Notes under the pieces: model-generated
Seen by the model: the letters and a program-made list of their open reading frames with translations, nothing else
Database searches by the model: none
What the model was told of the DNA's origin: nothing
Part shown: positions 42,291 through 51,860 of the stretch, piece by piece
Numbering within the stretch: position 1 is the first letter of the stretch
Layout of the letters: every line of letters starts with the position of its first letter
Assembly (NCBI GenBank): GCA_963666835.2
Contig: CAXXGO010000001.1
Coordinates: 768,001 to 832,000 of the forward strand
Reading direction: 5' to 3'
Length of the DNA: 64,000 nt
From: Phycisphaerae bacterium
GTDB lineage: Bacteria > Planctomycetota > Phycisphaerae > UBA1845
Translations under genes and position numbers: made by a program

Positions 42291-44297
42291 ATGTCCGAGA
42301 GAGAAGGTTTTGCAAAGATCTCCCTTGCCGCCGTACGGGCGCTGAGTCACGAGAAAGGCGCAGATTTCGAGGTCTATCTTCCAGGGGCGGATGGCCAGAC
42401 CCCCGTTCTCTACCACAAGTCGGATGGGGATGTTGCCGGCCCGGACTTCCACCGAATGGCCGAGCATGGTGCTACCTCGCTGTTCGTGCGTCTCGAAGAC
42501 CTCACCGAGTGCGAACGTGCCATCGAAGCCCGGTTGGCGGACATTCTGAATAACCCCAGGGTCGCCCCGGCCGACAAGGCCGTGGTTGTACAGGGGGCGG
42601 GCACCACCATTGCACGTGACATCATCAACGAGTCGGTGTCATCACAGGGTCTGGAGCGGGCGTCGGTCGCCTTGGACAGTATGATCGGGTGTGTATTGAA
42701 CGACCCGGTTGTAGCGGCGTATCTGTTGGAGATGGCCGGGCACGAACGCTCGACCGCCAGCCACATGTTCGTGGTCTCTACGCTCTCGGTAATGCTGGGG
42801 GCGCGGGCCTTCGGTACGGACCCGGAAACGCTCAAGGCGCTGGCTTTCGCCGGCATGCTGCACGATGTGGGGAAACTGTCGCTCGACGCCGACCTGCTCA
42901 ATAAGCCCAGCCCACTCTCGCGCGAAGAGATTCAACTGGTTCAGCAGCATCCTATCGAATCCGTGCGTTTGCTCGGAGATGATCCCCATGTTTCGCAGGC
43001 CGCCAGACAGATGATCCTGCAACATCATGAACGGGTCGACGGACGGGGGTATCCGGTCGGAGTATCGGGGGCCGATCTACTGCCGGGCAGCCGGGTTATT
43101 GCGATCACGGACTCGTTCCACGCGATGATCGGGCAACGGTCGTATCGCGCGCCGCTTACGCCGCCGGAGGCAAACCGCGTATTGAGCACCCAGGCCGACC
43201 GACAGTTCGACGCCGATCTGCTTGTGCGTTGGCAGGAGGTCTTTGATGAGTACTGGTCTACGTTGAGCCGGAAGGACCGGCCGGAATTCGTGCCGGAAGC
43301 CGATGAGCTGTCATCGCGTCACGAGCATCGTCCCACTCCGCCGGTCCCCAAGATGATTCATCAGCGACCCACTCGGCACGCCTGTGACGGCCGGACGATG
43401 GTCCAATGTAAATACGCCGGCCGTCTCATCGATGTCAGCACCGCTCCGGCCGAGTTCGGAGCCCTGGTTCATGACGTCTCTCGGAGCGGAGTGTGCATTT
43501 ACGCCGCGCATCCTATGTACCGCGGCGAAGTGGTTCACGTCCAAGTGGGGACGTCCGGTACGGCAGCTTGGCTGCGGAGCACGGTGGCCTGGTGCCGGCA
43601 GACGAACCCCAGCTCGTACCGCATTGGTCTGCGCTTCACCCAAAGGCTGTCCGAAGCCCAAGTGGATGAACCGGCCGACGTTATACCGATGGCAGAGACG
43701 TCGGGGATCTCCAGACCTACCGGTGGCTCCGGCGCCTCAGGCTGCAAAGGCCCTTCGAAAAGCGCCAAAACCGCTCCGGTCGGCCGCAAACGCGAGCATG
43801 ACCTGGGGATCCTGGCCGGGATCTCCGCCATGCGCCGACCCAATGCCGAGTCCCAGCGAACGGCGGTTACGTTGGCCATGTCCGGCGACGTCAAAGTCCG
43901 GCTCAAGGCCCTCGACGTGCTTATGAACATCGGAACGAAAATGGCGCGCGAGGCCTTAGTCAGCCTGCTGGGCGACTCCAACCAGGAGGTACGCGAGCGA
44001 GCGGTAGTCGCTACCGGAGTCGCTCGCGCGACCGAGGCTATCGGCAAGCTCCACGACATCCTTCGCGATCCCAACGACACGATTGCCCTGCGGGCGGCCG
44101 GGGCGTTAGGCCGGCTCGGCGACACGAGCGGCTTGGGTCTGGTGGAGATGATGCTGGACCCGGACTGCGCCCACGCGCGGCTTGCCGCCCAGATGCTCGG
44201 GGAGATCACCGGGCACCGCTTCGCTGCCAATCTCGAGGGTATCAAGGCCGCCCGCCGCTATCTCGATGCCAAAAAGAGCCTTCTCGGTTCACGCTGA
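42291..44297 (+). CDS. HD-GYP domain protein fused to a PilZ domain and HEAT repeats
   Basis: LHDVGK, QHP, HHERVDGRGYP, DSFHAM..RSYR; PilZ-like DVSRSG...V.WCR...IGLRF; HEAT-like VRERAVVATG and IALRAAGALGRLG. Confidence 0.82.
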   Translation: MSEREGFAKISLAAVRALSHEKGADFEVYLPGADGQTPVLYHKSDGDVAGPDFHRMAEHGATSLFVRLEDLTECERAIEARLADILNNPRVAPADKAVVVQGAGTTIARDIINESVSSQGLERASVALDSMIGCVLNDPVVAAYLLEMAGHERSTASHMFVVSTLSVMLGARAFGTDPETLKALAFAGMLHDVGKLSLDADLLNKPSPLSREEIQLVQQHPIESVRLLGDDPHVSQAARQMILQHHERVDGRGYPVGVSGADLLPGSRVIAITDSFHAMIGQRSYRAPLTPPEANRVLSTQADRQFDADLLVRWQEVFDEYWSTLSRKDRPEFVPEADELSSRHEHRPTPPVPKMIHQRPTRHACDGRTMVQCKYAGRLIDVSTAPAEFGALVHDVSRSGVCIYAAHPMYRGEVVHVQVGTSGTAAWLRSTVAWCRQTNPSSYRIGLRFTQRLSEAQVDEPADVIPMAETSGISRPTGGSGASGCKGPSKSAKTAPVGRKREHDLGILAGISAMRRPNAESQRTAVTLAMSGDVKVRLKALDVLMNIGTKMAREALVSLLGDSNQEVRERAVVATGVARATEAIGKLHDILRDPNDTIALRAAGALGRLGDTSGLGLVEMMLDPDCAHARLAAQMLGEITGHRFAANLEGIKAARRYLDAKKSLLGSR

Positions 44298-44325
44298 CGG
44301 TGGTCTGCCATGACGTTGCTAATCC

Positions 44326-44422
44326 GGCAGGTCTCGTACCTCGACCTGCCCTACAAGTGATGACACTCGGATGTCATGGGCCAACTGCGATTCTGCACTG
44401 CTCAACAGCAGGGGCACACCCG
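44326..44422. repeat. REP-like families D (forward) and C (reverse) between convergent genes
   Basis: GGCAGGTCTCGTACCTCGACCTGCCCTAC at 44326-44354; 44388-44422 is the reverse complement of 39490-39524 with 2 mismatches in 35 nt. Confidence 0.8.
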
Positions 44423-44444
44423 AAAACCCGGGTGTGACCTAGCA

Positions 44445-44987
44445 CTAAGGCCCTTGTGAAACCGAGAGGAGGTGCTCGGTGCGCCGGTCGAGTTCGTCTG
44501 CGCTGTCGAAGCCTACTTCGACATCGATTACCTTGCCGGATCCGTCAATCCAGAGCGCTGTGGGCAGTGCCGGTACCGCATACAGCGACTCAACCGCGCT
44601 GCCCTGCAGGAGGACAATCTGCTGCAGGTCGTTCTTCTTCACGAAACGGGCAATCGAAGACTCCGACTCATCCCACGCATTAACCGCCAAAACGACCAGC
44701 CCGCGGCCGGCGTGCTCTCGGGCCAAACGGCTCAGGTGGGGGGCCTCGGCGATACACGGTGGGCAGCCCATCGCCCAGAAGCCCAGCACGATCGGGCGTC
44801 CGCGATAATCGTTGAGTCGGACCCGGTTCCCCTGAAGATCCAACAGCTCAAAGTCCGGAGCAACCGTGCCGACTATTGCCTGGTGATACTCGGACTGATC
44901 GAACCGAGGCCAGACGAGAGCCGCGAGTACCCAGATTCCAAGAGCCGCAATAGCCGTGAACAGCGTTCGTCGATTGGTTTGGGCCAT
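44445..44987 (-). CDS. TlpA/ResA-like membrane-anchored thiol-disulfide oxidoreductase
   Basis: N-terminal TM; APDFEL.DL.G..V.L.DYRG, FWAMGCPPC..E.P, ALPT..ID..GKV. Confidence 0.88.
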   Translation of the reverse strand: MAQTNRRTLFTAIAALGIWVLAALVWPRFDQSEYHQAIVGTVAPDFELLDLQGNRVRLNDYRGRPIVLGFWAMGCPPCIAEAPHLSRLAREHAGRGLVVLAVNAWDESESSIARFVKKNDLQQIVLLQGSAVESLYAVPALPTALWIDGSGKVIDVEVGFDSADELDRRTEHLLSVSQGP

Positions 44988-45030
44988 GATGAGCAGTGTA
45001 ACCGGTTTTGGGCATCAACTCCAATGAAAG

Positions 45031-45074
45031 GACCGGCCCGGACGGTATTCTGTAAGAACAGTCATGGGCCGGTC
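45031..45074 (-). terminator. Probable intrinsic terminator after the 45122..47335 gene
   Basis: Stem GACCGGCCC/GGGCCGGTC followed on the minus strand by CTTTCATT; long loop. Confidence 0.4.
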
Positions 45075-45121
45075 GATGAAGCGAAGCCTGCCGTCCGGCG
45101 TCTGCCCGCCTCAAGTGTTCG

Positions 45122-47335
45122 TCACGGACAGTCCGCCGGGCTGATGAACGCGTACGGGTTCCCCTGGAATGCCAAAACAAGCAACTGGACATCCGTCATG
45201 GAGATCGACGCCTCCGGCTCCTGCGGTCCGACATCCACCCAGACCATCGGCGGCGCCGTCGGCTCCGACGAGAACTGCTGGAGGGTTGCCATGACGTCGT
45301 TCATGTTGACGATCCCGTTGGCCGGTCCCCACGAGCCGGTGTAACCCCCGACGCAGTCTCCCCACGCCTTCGGGGCCGGGGTGCGCGTTGTCGCCCTGGT
45401 GATTGGACCGTAGTAGTTGTTCGGATCTTCGATGCCCAGGCCAATCGGCAACGCGCGAATCTCGTATTCCGAATGGGGAACGACCTGGCAACCGGTAACG
45501 TGGATCACACCGGGAGCCGTACCCCAGTCTCGGTAATACGGAGCGTGGCCGAGATAAAAGACGTCGGCTGGAGTTGACGGGCGGTGCTCTTGGACCCACC
45601 ACCAGTCTTGTCCGATGCCTTCCGGGAACAGGGCACTATCCGTCATCAGCACGCGCAAGGCAGTGGCCTCGCCCGGATGGCCGGGGCTGAAACTCACGTA
45701 CCGCGTCTTGGTCGTGCACTCGTCGGGGATACCGTCGGTATCATCGTCCATTGATGTTCCGGCGCTGATGTCGCACTCGTCCGGGACCCCGTTTCCGTTG
45801 CAGTCCGGGGTATGTCTTTCGTCGATCTCACACGTGTCCACCATGTCGTTGAGATTGCAGTCGCAATCCGAGACCGCCGATATGTCGTCGAGGCCGCCGT
45901 GGAAGTAAGAACAGATATCCTGAGTAGCCCCGAGATTCTCGTCGGACCAGTGGACCCACGGGGCCGGGTCAACCTGACTCAGCGTGAGGTAGCTGTCCGG
46001 AGTAAACACACGCACTTCCGAGTCACCGCGCCTGGTAAGGGTGTACTGCGGCCAGACGTTGAGTTCCGACACGTAGGTGCCTCCGTTGCAGTGCGTTTTC
46101 GTGGCAATCAGAGTGCCGACCGGGGCGGTGTGGGTCTCCGATAGAGTTACGACCGCATCCCACATTTCCGGATCCATCCCGCCATTGTAGGTCACCGTGA
46201 CGGGTTGTTCGAGTTTGTTGGCCAGGCTCAGGGCGATGACTTCCAGATCGACGGGATCAGCCTCGACTGGGAAACTGACCAGCACACACGGGTCGAACGG
46301 ATCTTCGGCGCGTTCGATCAGGGTGTCGGCATCCGGGAAGGTGGGGTCGCCGAGGGGGACTCCTTCAAGGCAGATTGACCCCGTAAACGGGTCTGATCCG
46401 GGACCGAAGAAGTCTGCCGGGATCGGTTGACCTCCGACGCCAGGGTCAAAACTGTGGCACATAACCCCGTTGGCCGGCGAAGACCAAGGGTCGATCATCG
46501 GTTCGTCTTCACAGTCTCGGGGAATCGCCCGAATCAATCCCTTCCCCTCCGGGGGGCACTCCATCGGGGTGACGATCCCGTGTGTAAACACGTCGCCGGA
46601 TGGCTCCATGATCAGAGCGGGCTCTTGCTCCGGGCACTCGGCGCAGGGGCCGCGGAAGACTCCGTCGATGGACGGATCTTCGCAGGTTGCCTTGGTCGAG
46701 GTTGCGCACGTTTGGATGCCGTCAACCGTGTAGCAGCATGCTCCCCATTCGCAGTCATCGACGATTCCGTTGTAGTTGCAGTCCGCCCCTTGCCCGCAAC
46801 CCGGCACGCGACAATCTCCCCCGAGCGGCCCGCAGTCGATATCGCAACGATCTTCGATCCCGTTCAGATCGCAGTCACAGGGGCTTGGGTTACAGAGGGA
46901 ACCGTCCCCGTGGTAGACTCCTGGGGCCATGATGAGCGGATTGGAGCAGATATCCTCCTGGAACTGCACGCACGGAGGGTAGTCCGGATCGCTGATACAG
47001 CAGGCTCCGCACGGGAAATCACAAGGCGCCGGGTAGCCCTGGAAATCAAACAGGGCAACCCCAACGTCACAGTAGTCGAGTAGCCCATCGCAGTTGATGT
47101 CAGGATCCAGAGCCCCGCACGTTTCGACCGCATCGCCTTCCCGCAGAACCGTCAGGATGAAGAGGATATCAGACAGGGTGGTCACGCCGTCGGGTGCCGT
47201 CCAACACCCCGTGTTAGGGCCAGCTACATCGCCGTTGCACGGGCAAGGCTGCGCTTGTCCCACGGCGGGTATTCCCAGAACGGTTACTGCAACAACAAGA
47301 TACGCCGTGAGTAGCTGGTTACATCTCATAGTCAC
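45122..47335 (-). CDS. Large secreted Cys/Asp-rich protein with dockerin-like N-terminus and conserved C-terminal module
   Basis: Signal peptide; GDV...DG..TLSD...DINCDGLLD; DCNxNGxxDxC repeats; C-terminal module shared with 19874..20440. Confidence 0.8.
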   Translation of the reverse strand: MTMRCNQLLTAYLVVAVTVLGIPAVGQAQPCPCNGDVAGPNTGCWTAPDGVTTLSDILFILTVLREGDAVETCGALDPDINCDGLLDYCDVGVALFDFQGYPAPCDFPCGACCISDPDYPPCVQFQEDICSNPLIMAPGVYHGDGSLCNPSPCDCDLNGIEDRCDIDCGPLGGDCRVPGCGQGADCNYNGIVDDCEWGACCYTVDGIQTCATSTKATCEDPSIDGVFRGPCAECPEQEPALIMEPSGDVFTHGIVTPMECPPEGKGLIRAIPRDCEDEPMIDPWSSPANGVMCHSFDPGVGGQPIPADFFGPGSDPFTGSICLEGVPLGDPTFPDADTLIERAEDPFDPCVLVSFPVEADPVDLEVIALSLANKLEQPVTVTYNGGMDPEMWDAVVTLSETHTAPVGTLIATKTHCNGGTYVSELNVWPQYTLTRRGDSEVRVFTPDSYLTLSQVDPAPWVHWSDENLGATQDICSYFHGGLDDISAVSDCDCNLNDMVDTCEIDERHTPDCNGNGVPDECDISAGTSMDDDTDGIPDECTTKTRYVSFSPGHPGEATALRVLMTDSALFPEGIGQDWWWVQEHRPSTPADVFYLGHAPYYRDWGTAPGVIHVTGCQVVPHSEYEIRALPIGLGIEDPNNYYGPITRATTRTPAPKAWGDCVGGYTGSWGPANGIVNMNDVMATLQQFSSEPTAPPMVWVDVGPQEPEASISMTDVQLLVLAFQGNPYAFISPADCP

Positions 47336-47906
47336 TCTCCTTGTAGACTTGGCTGCGTCGCACTCCGAAGTCGATTGCCTCGACCGGGCCGGCGCTGCGC
47401 TCTCATCATGTGATTTGTCGATGAATGCAGAGCCGGTTTCCTAAGATTCGCCATCGGGGCCTTAGCCCTGATATCGCCCATGATACTCAAGCGCGCCCCG
47501 CGGCGGCAAGAGAAAACCGCATTCAACGGCGACAGCTTCCCGGGGCCTTCAACTACGTCTGTTCGGCCGCGCGCCCGGGGACGGCACCGTCCTCAGGTTT
47601 GCCTAATCTCCCGGAATCGAGTTTCTCTGTGCGCGCAAACTTGGTTGCGGCAAGGCGGTTTTGTGGCAAGGGACAGTCGTAAGCCACTTGAACAGAACGG
47701 TTTACCGCGCTACTTCGAACGTGTCGGGCGATGTGCCGCGATGATAAAAGGGGCGTAACGGTGTTGCCAATGCGGCGGATGGCTCCTTGGCCGTTTCACC
47801 ATAGGACCCTGCGGGTGACCGACCAACGATGGGCCGGGGACAAAAGCGCATATTTCGCGCGGTCCATTGTCTTGCCGGCTAGCGTAAGATCGGTTAGAAG
47901 CACTTC

Positions 47907-48158
47907 ATGTCTCAAGCCGTATCCATTGCGGAGCCTGCTCCCAAGCCGCTCCAAGTGCCGGATGTTTCCCTCGCGATCGAAGAGTTCCTGCGTCTGACCG
48001 ACGCAGGGCTGACCCGCGCGAATGTCCGCGATTTCCTTGCCCGGCTGGAACGCGACCATGACCAGGAGTACGTGCGTCAGGTGAAGTTGCGTATCCGGGT
48101 CTTTCTCGCCAGTTATGATCTTATCCACGAGGTCGAGCGAGGTTCGACGCGGGTGTGA
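47907..48158 (+). CDS. Small helical hypothetical protein (paralog of 49524..49739)
   Basis: 24/60 identities by manual alignment with the small ORF at 49524, supporting both as real genes. Confidence 0.72.
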   Translation: MSQAVSIAEPAPKPLQVPDVSLAIEEFLRLTDAGLTRANVRDFLARLERDHDQEYVRQVKLRIRVFLASYDLIHEVERGSTRV

Positions 48159-48358
48159 ACGGGTGACTGATTGCGCGGCAGCGTCTCCCGTGCGGGGCTG
48201 GGTGGCGATGGTTGTGGTTTTCGGTGACTGTTTGATGTCACTCGTTGCTGACGTTCCCTCCCCTTATTTTTCCATGCCGTAAGGTCTTGTGCTGCAATCC
48301 ATCTTCAGTTACTCAAGTGGCTCGCTGAGAAGCTGCATGGTTTTGGAGGGCTGTATGC

Positions 48359-49213
48359 GTGCGAAGCGAATTGGATGCGCTGTGGAATGAGACAATCGCG
48401 TATCTGGGCGAGTTCTCCGCTGAGTTCCGCAGAGGCTGGGTGGGTAAGGCGGTGCGAAGCACGCCGGTCCTGAGTCGGATGTTCGGCACTGACCCCGCAC
48501 TGGAGCATTGGCTGGCATGTGAGGTCGGCAGTGATCCCGCCGGTTTGCGCCGCGTCTGGCCGGAACAGGATCCGGCGCACACCGCCGGGCTTCTGCGGGA
48601 GTTGATCACCGTGCTCTCCGAGTTCAGACGGTGCGCCCGCGAATGCCGGAAGGTGGTGCTGGTATTCAAGCACTGGTTGCGATGGACCAACCCGCGAATG
48701 AGTTGGCGCGACGGACTGAGCGAAGCGATCGCCGAGACGCCGGGGTTTACTGAGCTGGAACATAATGACGCCAAGGTGGCACAATGGTTGCGGGAGATTC
48801 CTACCCGCTCCGCTCCGCCGTTTCTCGACGAGATAACTCCACCGCTTACCTGGAAACAACTGCAGACTCTCAGGCGCGCCCTCGACCGACTTCGCCAGTC
48901 GAATCGTCGAAAGAAGCTGGAGCCGGAGGAGATTCTGCTCGCGCCTGACGATATCGCGACACTCTCGGATTTCGATGTTCTCCGCGACTTTGAGAATCAG
49001 CTCGACGGGGACTGGGACGATTCGGATGACGAGCGTTTGCGGAAGTGTCTGGGCCGGCTCTCTTATGACGACCTGGCGACATTCCGGCTTAAACTCGACA
49101 ACTTCAAGCAGGTCGACATTGCGGAAATCGTCGGCATCTCCGACGCAGCGGTAACCAGACGGTTGGTTAAGATTATCGACATTCTGGCCATTTGCGTCCG
49201 TGAAGCCGACTGA
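48359..49213 (+). CDS. Divergent ECF-sigma-like protein (sigma70 region 4 HTH)
   Basis: C-terminal LRKCLGRLS..D...F.LK...FKQVDIAEIVGISDAAVTRRL; possible region-2 FKHWL; GGAGGG RBS 8 nt before GTG. Confidence 0.62.
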   Translation: MRSELDALWNETIAYLGEFSAEFRRGWVGKAVRSTPVLSRMFGTDPALEHWLACEVGSDPAGLRRVWPEQDPAHTAGLLRELITVLSEFRRCARECRKVVLVFKHWLRWTNPRMSWRDGLSEAIAETPGFTELEHNDAKVAQWLREIPTRSAPPFLDEITPPLTWKQLQTLRRALDRLRQSNRRKKLEPEEILLAPDDIATLSDFDVLRDFENQLDGDWDDSDDERLRKCLGRLSYDDLATFRLKLDNFKQVDIAEIVGISDAAVTRRLVKIIDILAICVREAD

Positions 49214-49523
49214 CTCTGGAGAATCCACATCCTGCTTTGGTCACCTTTCCGGGTGACAAATACCCCGTTTTCAGCCTCGGGAGCGGCTCTCGACGCCGAA
49301 GTTGCAGAGACGTGAATCTAAAGTCGAGATAACTCTTGCGACGACGATCCCTCGAAAGGCCTTTCCTTGGCCGCGGGAACGTGCCTAGGATCCAAAGAGG
49401 AGGTCGGGTACGGCGACGCTGTTGGAACGGAGAGCCGACGTCGTTGCCACGATGAACGACAACGTGGAGTGCAGGAACCGCGGCACTGCCCCGAGTAGTC
49501 TGCGGTCAGGATACGAGGACCCC

Positions 49524-49739
49524 ATGCTCGACGATCATCAATCACGTGAGTCCGCCACTCCCGACGTGTCGGCCGCCATCGAAGAGCTGCTTCGCATCCT
49601 CGACGATACGGCAACCAAGTCGGACCTGGCCGCCTTCCTGGAGCGCTGCCGGGCTAACGGCCCGCAGTACTACAACGAAGTGCGCTTGCGGATGAAGATC
49701 CTCGCCCGCAGCCGCGACCTCATCGACGATCTGGACTGA
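49524..49739 (+). CDS. Small helical hypothetical protein (paralog of 47907..48158)
   Basis: PDVSAAIEELLR..FLER..Y..VRLR..SRDLI; GAGG RBS before ATG 49524 (alternative start 49452). Confidence 0.72.
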   Translation: MLDDHQSRESATPDVSAAIEELLRILDDTATKSDLAAFLERCRANGPQYYNEVRLRMKILARSRDLIDDLD

Positions 49740-49838
49740 TCCACGCTGCGCCGCGGCCGCCCTCCGAGTGCCGGTTTGTGGAATGCCACAAAGCCGGCTT
49801 TCGATGCACGCACACTTGGGACCTATTGAATGTCCTGT

Positions 49839-51860
49839 TCAACAGGTGCCACGCCTTACGACGAAGACCAGCTTAGCACCCGTCAGTATCAGCAGGACCA
49901 AGATAACGAGCCCCCACGCCGATACTGTGGGAATAGCTGAAACGCATTCAGGGCCGAAGACGGCGTCGTCCACGCCAAGGCATTGGTCGATACAGTCGAG
50001 TACCCCGTCTCCGTCAGCGTCACCTTCATCGGGTACGCCGCAACCGCACACCCCTGGAGCAGCCTTGCCCGGGTCGAGCGGACATCCGTCGCAACCGTCC
50101 GGTATGCCATCGTCGTCTTCGTCGGCGTTATCGTCAAAACCCGGGCAAGCATCGACCGACTCACAAACGCCGTCGCCGTCGGTATCGTCCGGATTGTCCA
50201 ATGGGCAGGGGTCGTCGCTATCGCACGCGCCATCGCCGTCAGTGTCGTCCGGGTTGTCATTTGGACAAGGGTCATCACTGTCGCACACCCCATCCCCGTC
50301 GGTATCGTCAGGGTTGTCGTACGGGCAAGGATCGCCACACGCGGCGTCGAGGCCGTCACCGTCGACGTCACCGTCACACACTCCGCCGACGTATGTCCCA
50401 TCGGCCGTGACACAATCGACCGGCGCGAGTTGTACGCACGAGGTATCCGCCAAGCAGCAAGCTCCGGGGCCGTACTTGGTCACGAAGACGTCGTAGTCGC
50501 CGGCGCTGGTCAGCGTGAGATGTCCAAAGGTTGCCGTGCCCTCACCAAAGGTGCCTGTCACATAGGGGTTGCCGGCGGCGTCAAGGGCGACGTCATTGCC
50601 AACGCATCGCGGCGGCCCCCCGGCCGAGTCAACCCACAGCACGTTGCCGTCACCATCGTACTCGGCCAGGAACATGTCAAAGAAACCGGCACTGGTCAGC
50701 GTGAACGCCCCGAACGTTGCGGTGTTCTCGAATTCTCCCGTCACGTGGCTGATGCCGGCTTCGTCAACGGCGATGCCGAGGCTCTTACTCCAGTGCGGCG
50801 GCCCCCCGGCCGATCGAGCCCAGAGCACGTTACCGCCGGTGTCGTACTTAACGACAAAGATGCTGTGATTGCCTACGCTGGTTAGGGTGAACGAGCCGAA
50901 AGTCGCCGTACCGAAAAACGCGCCGGTCACATAGCTATTGCCCACGGGGTCAGCAGCAATGGCGTAGACGGCTCCATCTATTGTCCCAGCCGATTGAGCC
51001 CAGAGAACGTTGCCGCCGGCGTCGTATTTGGCCAGAAACAACTCCGAGTCCGCAGTGGTGGGTAGGGTGACCGAGCCGAAGGTCGCCGGACCTCGGTAGC
51101 CCCCCGTTATGTAGCAGTTGTCAGCGGTGTCGACGGCAATATCGTAGGTCTGGTCCTTTGCGGTGCCTCCGCCCGACCGGGCCCAGCTTACGTTGCCGCC
51201 GGGGTCGTACTTGACCACGAACACGTCCCGGCCACCCGCACTGGTCAGGGTGAACGAGCCGAAGGTCGCCATACCGTCGAATTCGCCCGTAACATAGCTG
51301 TTGCCGGCAGCGTCGACGGCGAGGCCTCCAACACTATCCCACACGCTTCCCTCGGCCGACTGGGCCCAGAGCACATTGCCACCGGTATCGTACTTGACCA
51401 GGTAGATGCCCCAGTCACCCGCACTGGCAAGCGCGAACGGGGCAAAGGTCACCGTGCCCTGGAAGGTGCCCGTTACGTAGCTATTGCCGGCGGCATCGAC
51501 GCCAATGCCGAAGACGACCTTTCCCTCCGATCCTTTACCCGATTGAGCCCAGAGCACATTTCCGGTGGTGTCGTACTTGGCCACGAAAACGTCGCTTTCG
51601 CCGGCACTGGTCAGAGCGAACGAGCCGAACGTCGCCGTACCGTCAAACCTGCCCGTAACGTAGCTGTTGCCGGTGCCGTCAACCGCGATGTAGGAGCTTG
51701 TGTCGCTCAGTACTCCTCCGGCCGACACGGCCCACTCGGTGAATTGAGCCTGTCCAACGCTCGGGAACAGGGCTACCCAGAGCGCAAACAAAACGCCCAC
51801 CCGGCAGGATCGCCGGCCAAGCCCAGCCCAAAGGCCGATTATCGATTGTCGGATGGCCAT
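49839..51860 (-). CDS. Secreted SBBP-repeat beta-propeller protein with TSP3-like repeats and an IPTL-CTERM sorting tail
   Basis: Seven (I/L)AVDxxGNSYVTG.F.G..TFG...LTSAG..D.FV.KYD units; DxDGDGVCD..DPCP repeats; C-terminal AIPTVSAWGLVIL...RR. Confidence 0.88.
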   Translation of the reverse strand: MAIRQSIIGLWAGLGRRSCRVGVLFALWVALFPSVGQAQFTEWAVSAGGVLSDTSSYIAVDGTGNSYVTGRFDGTATFGSFALTSAGESDVFVAKYDTTGNVLWAQSGKGSEGKVVFGIGVDAAGNSYVTGTFQGTVTFAPFALASAGDWGIYLVKYDTGGNVLWAQSAEGSVWDSVGGLAVDAAGNSYVTGEFDGMATFGSFTLTSAGGRDVFVVKYDPGGNVSWARSGGGTAKDQTYDIAVDTADNCYITGGYRGPATFGSVTLPTTADSELFLAKYDAGGNVLWAQSAGTIDGAVYAIAADPVGNSYVTGAFFGTATFGSFTLTSVGNHSIFVVKYDTGGNVLWARSAGGPPHWSKSLGIAVDEAGISHVTGEFENTATFGAFTLTSAGFFDMFLAEYDGDGNVLWVDSAGGPPRCVGNDVALDAAGNPYVTGTFGEGTATFGHLTLTSAGDYDVFVTKYGPGACCLADTSCVQLAPVDCVTADGTYVGGVCDGDVDGDGLDAACGDPCPYDNPDDTDGDGVCDSDDPCPNDNPDDTDGDGACDSDDPCPLDNPDDTDGDGVCESVDACPGFDDNADEDDDGIPDGCDGCPLDPGKAAPGVCGCGVPDEGDADGDGVLDCIDQCLGVDDAVFGPECVSAIPTVSAWGLVILVLLILTGAKLVFVVRRGTC

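Noticed and set aside
49990..50400. CRISPR-like or tandem DNA repeat array
   Set aside because: The repeats are coding DxDGDG-type (TSP3-like) units with codon-level variation; there are no unique spacers and no cas genes.
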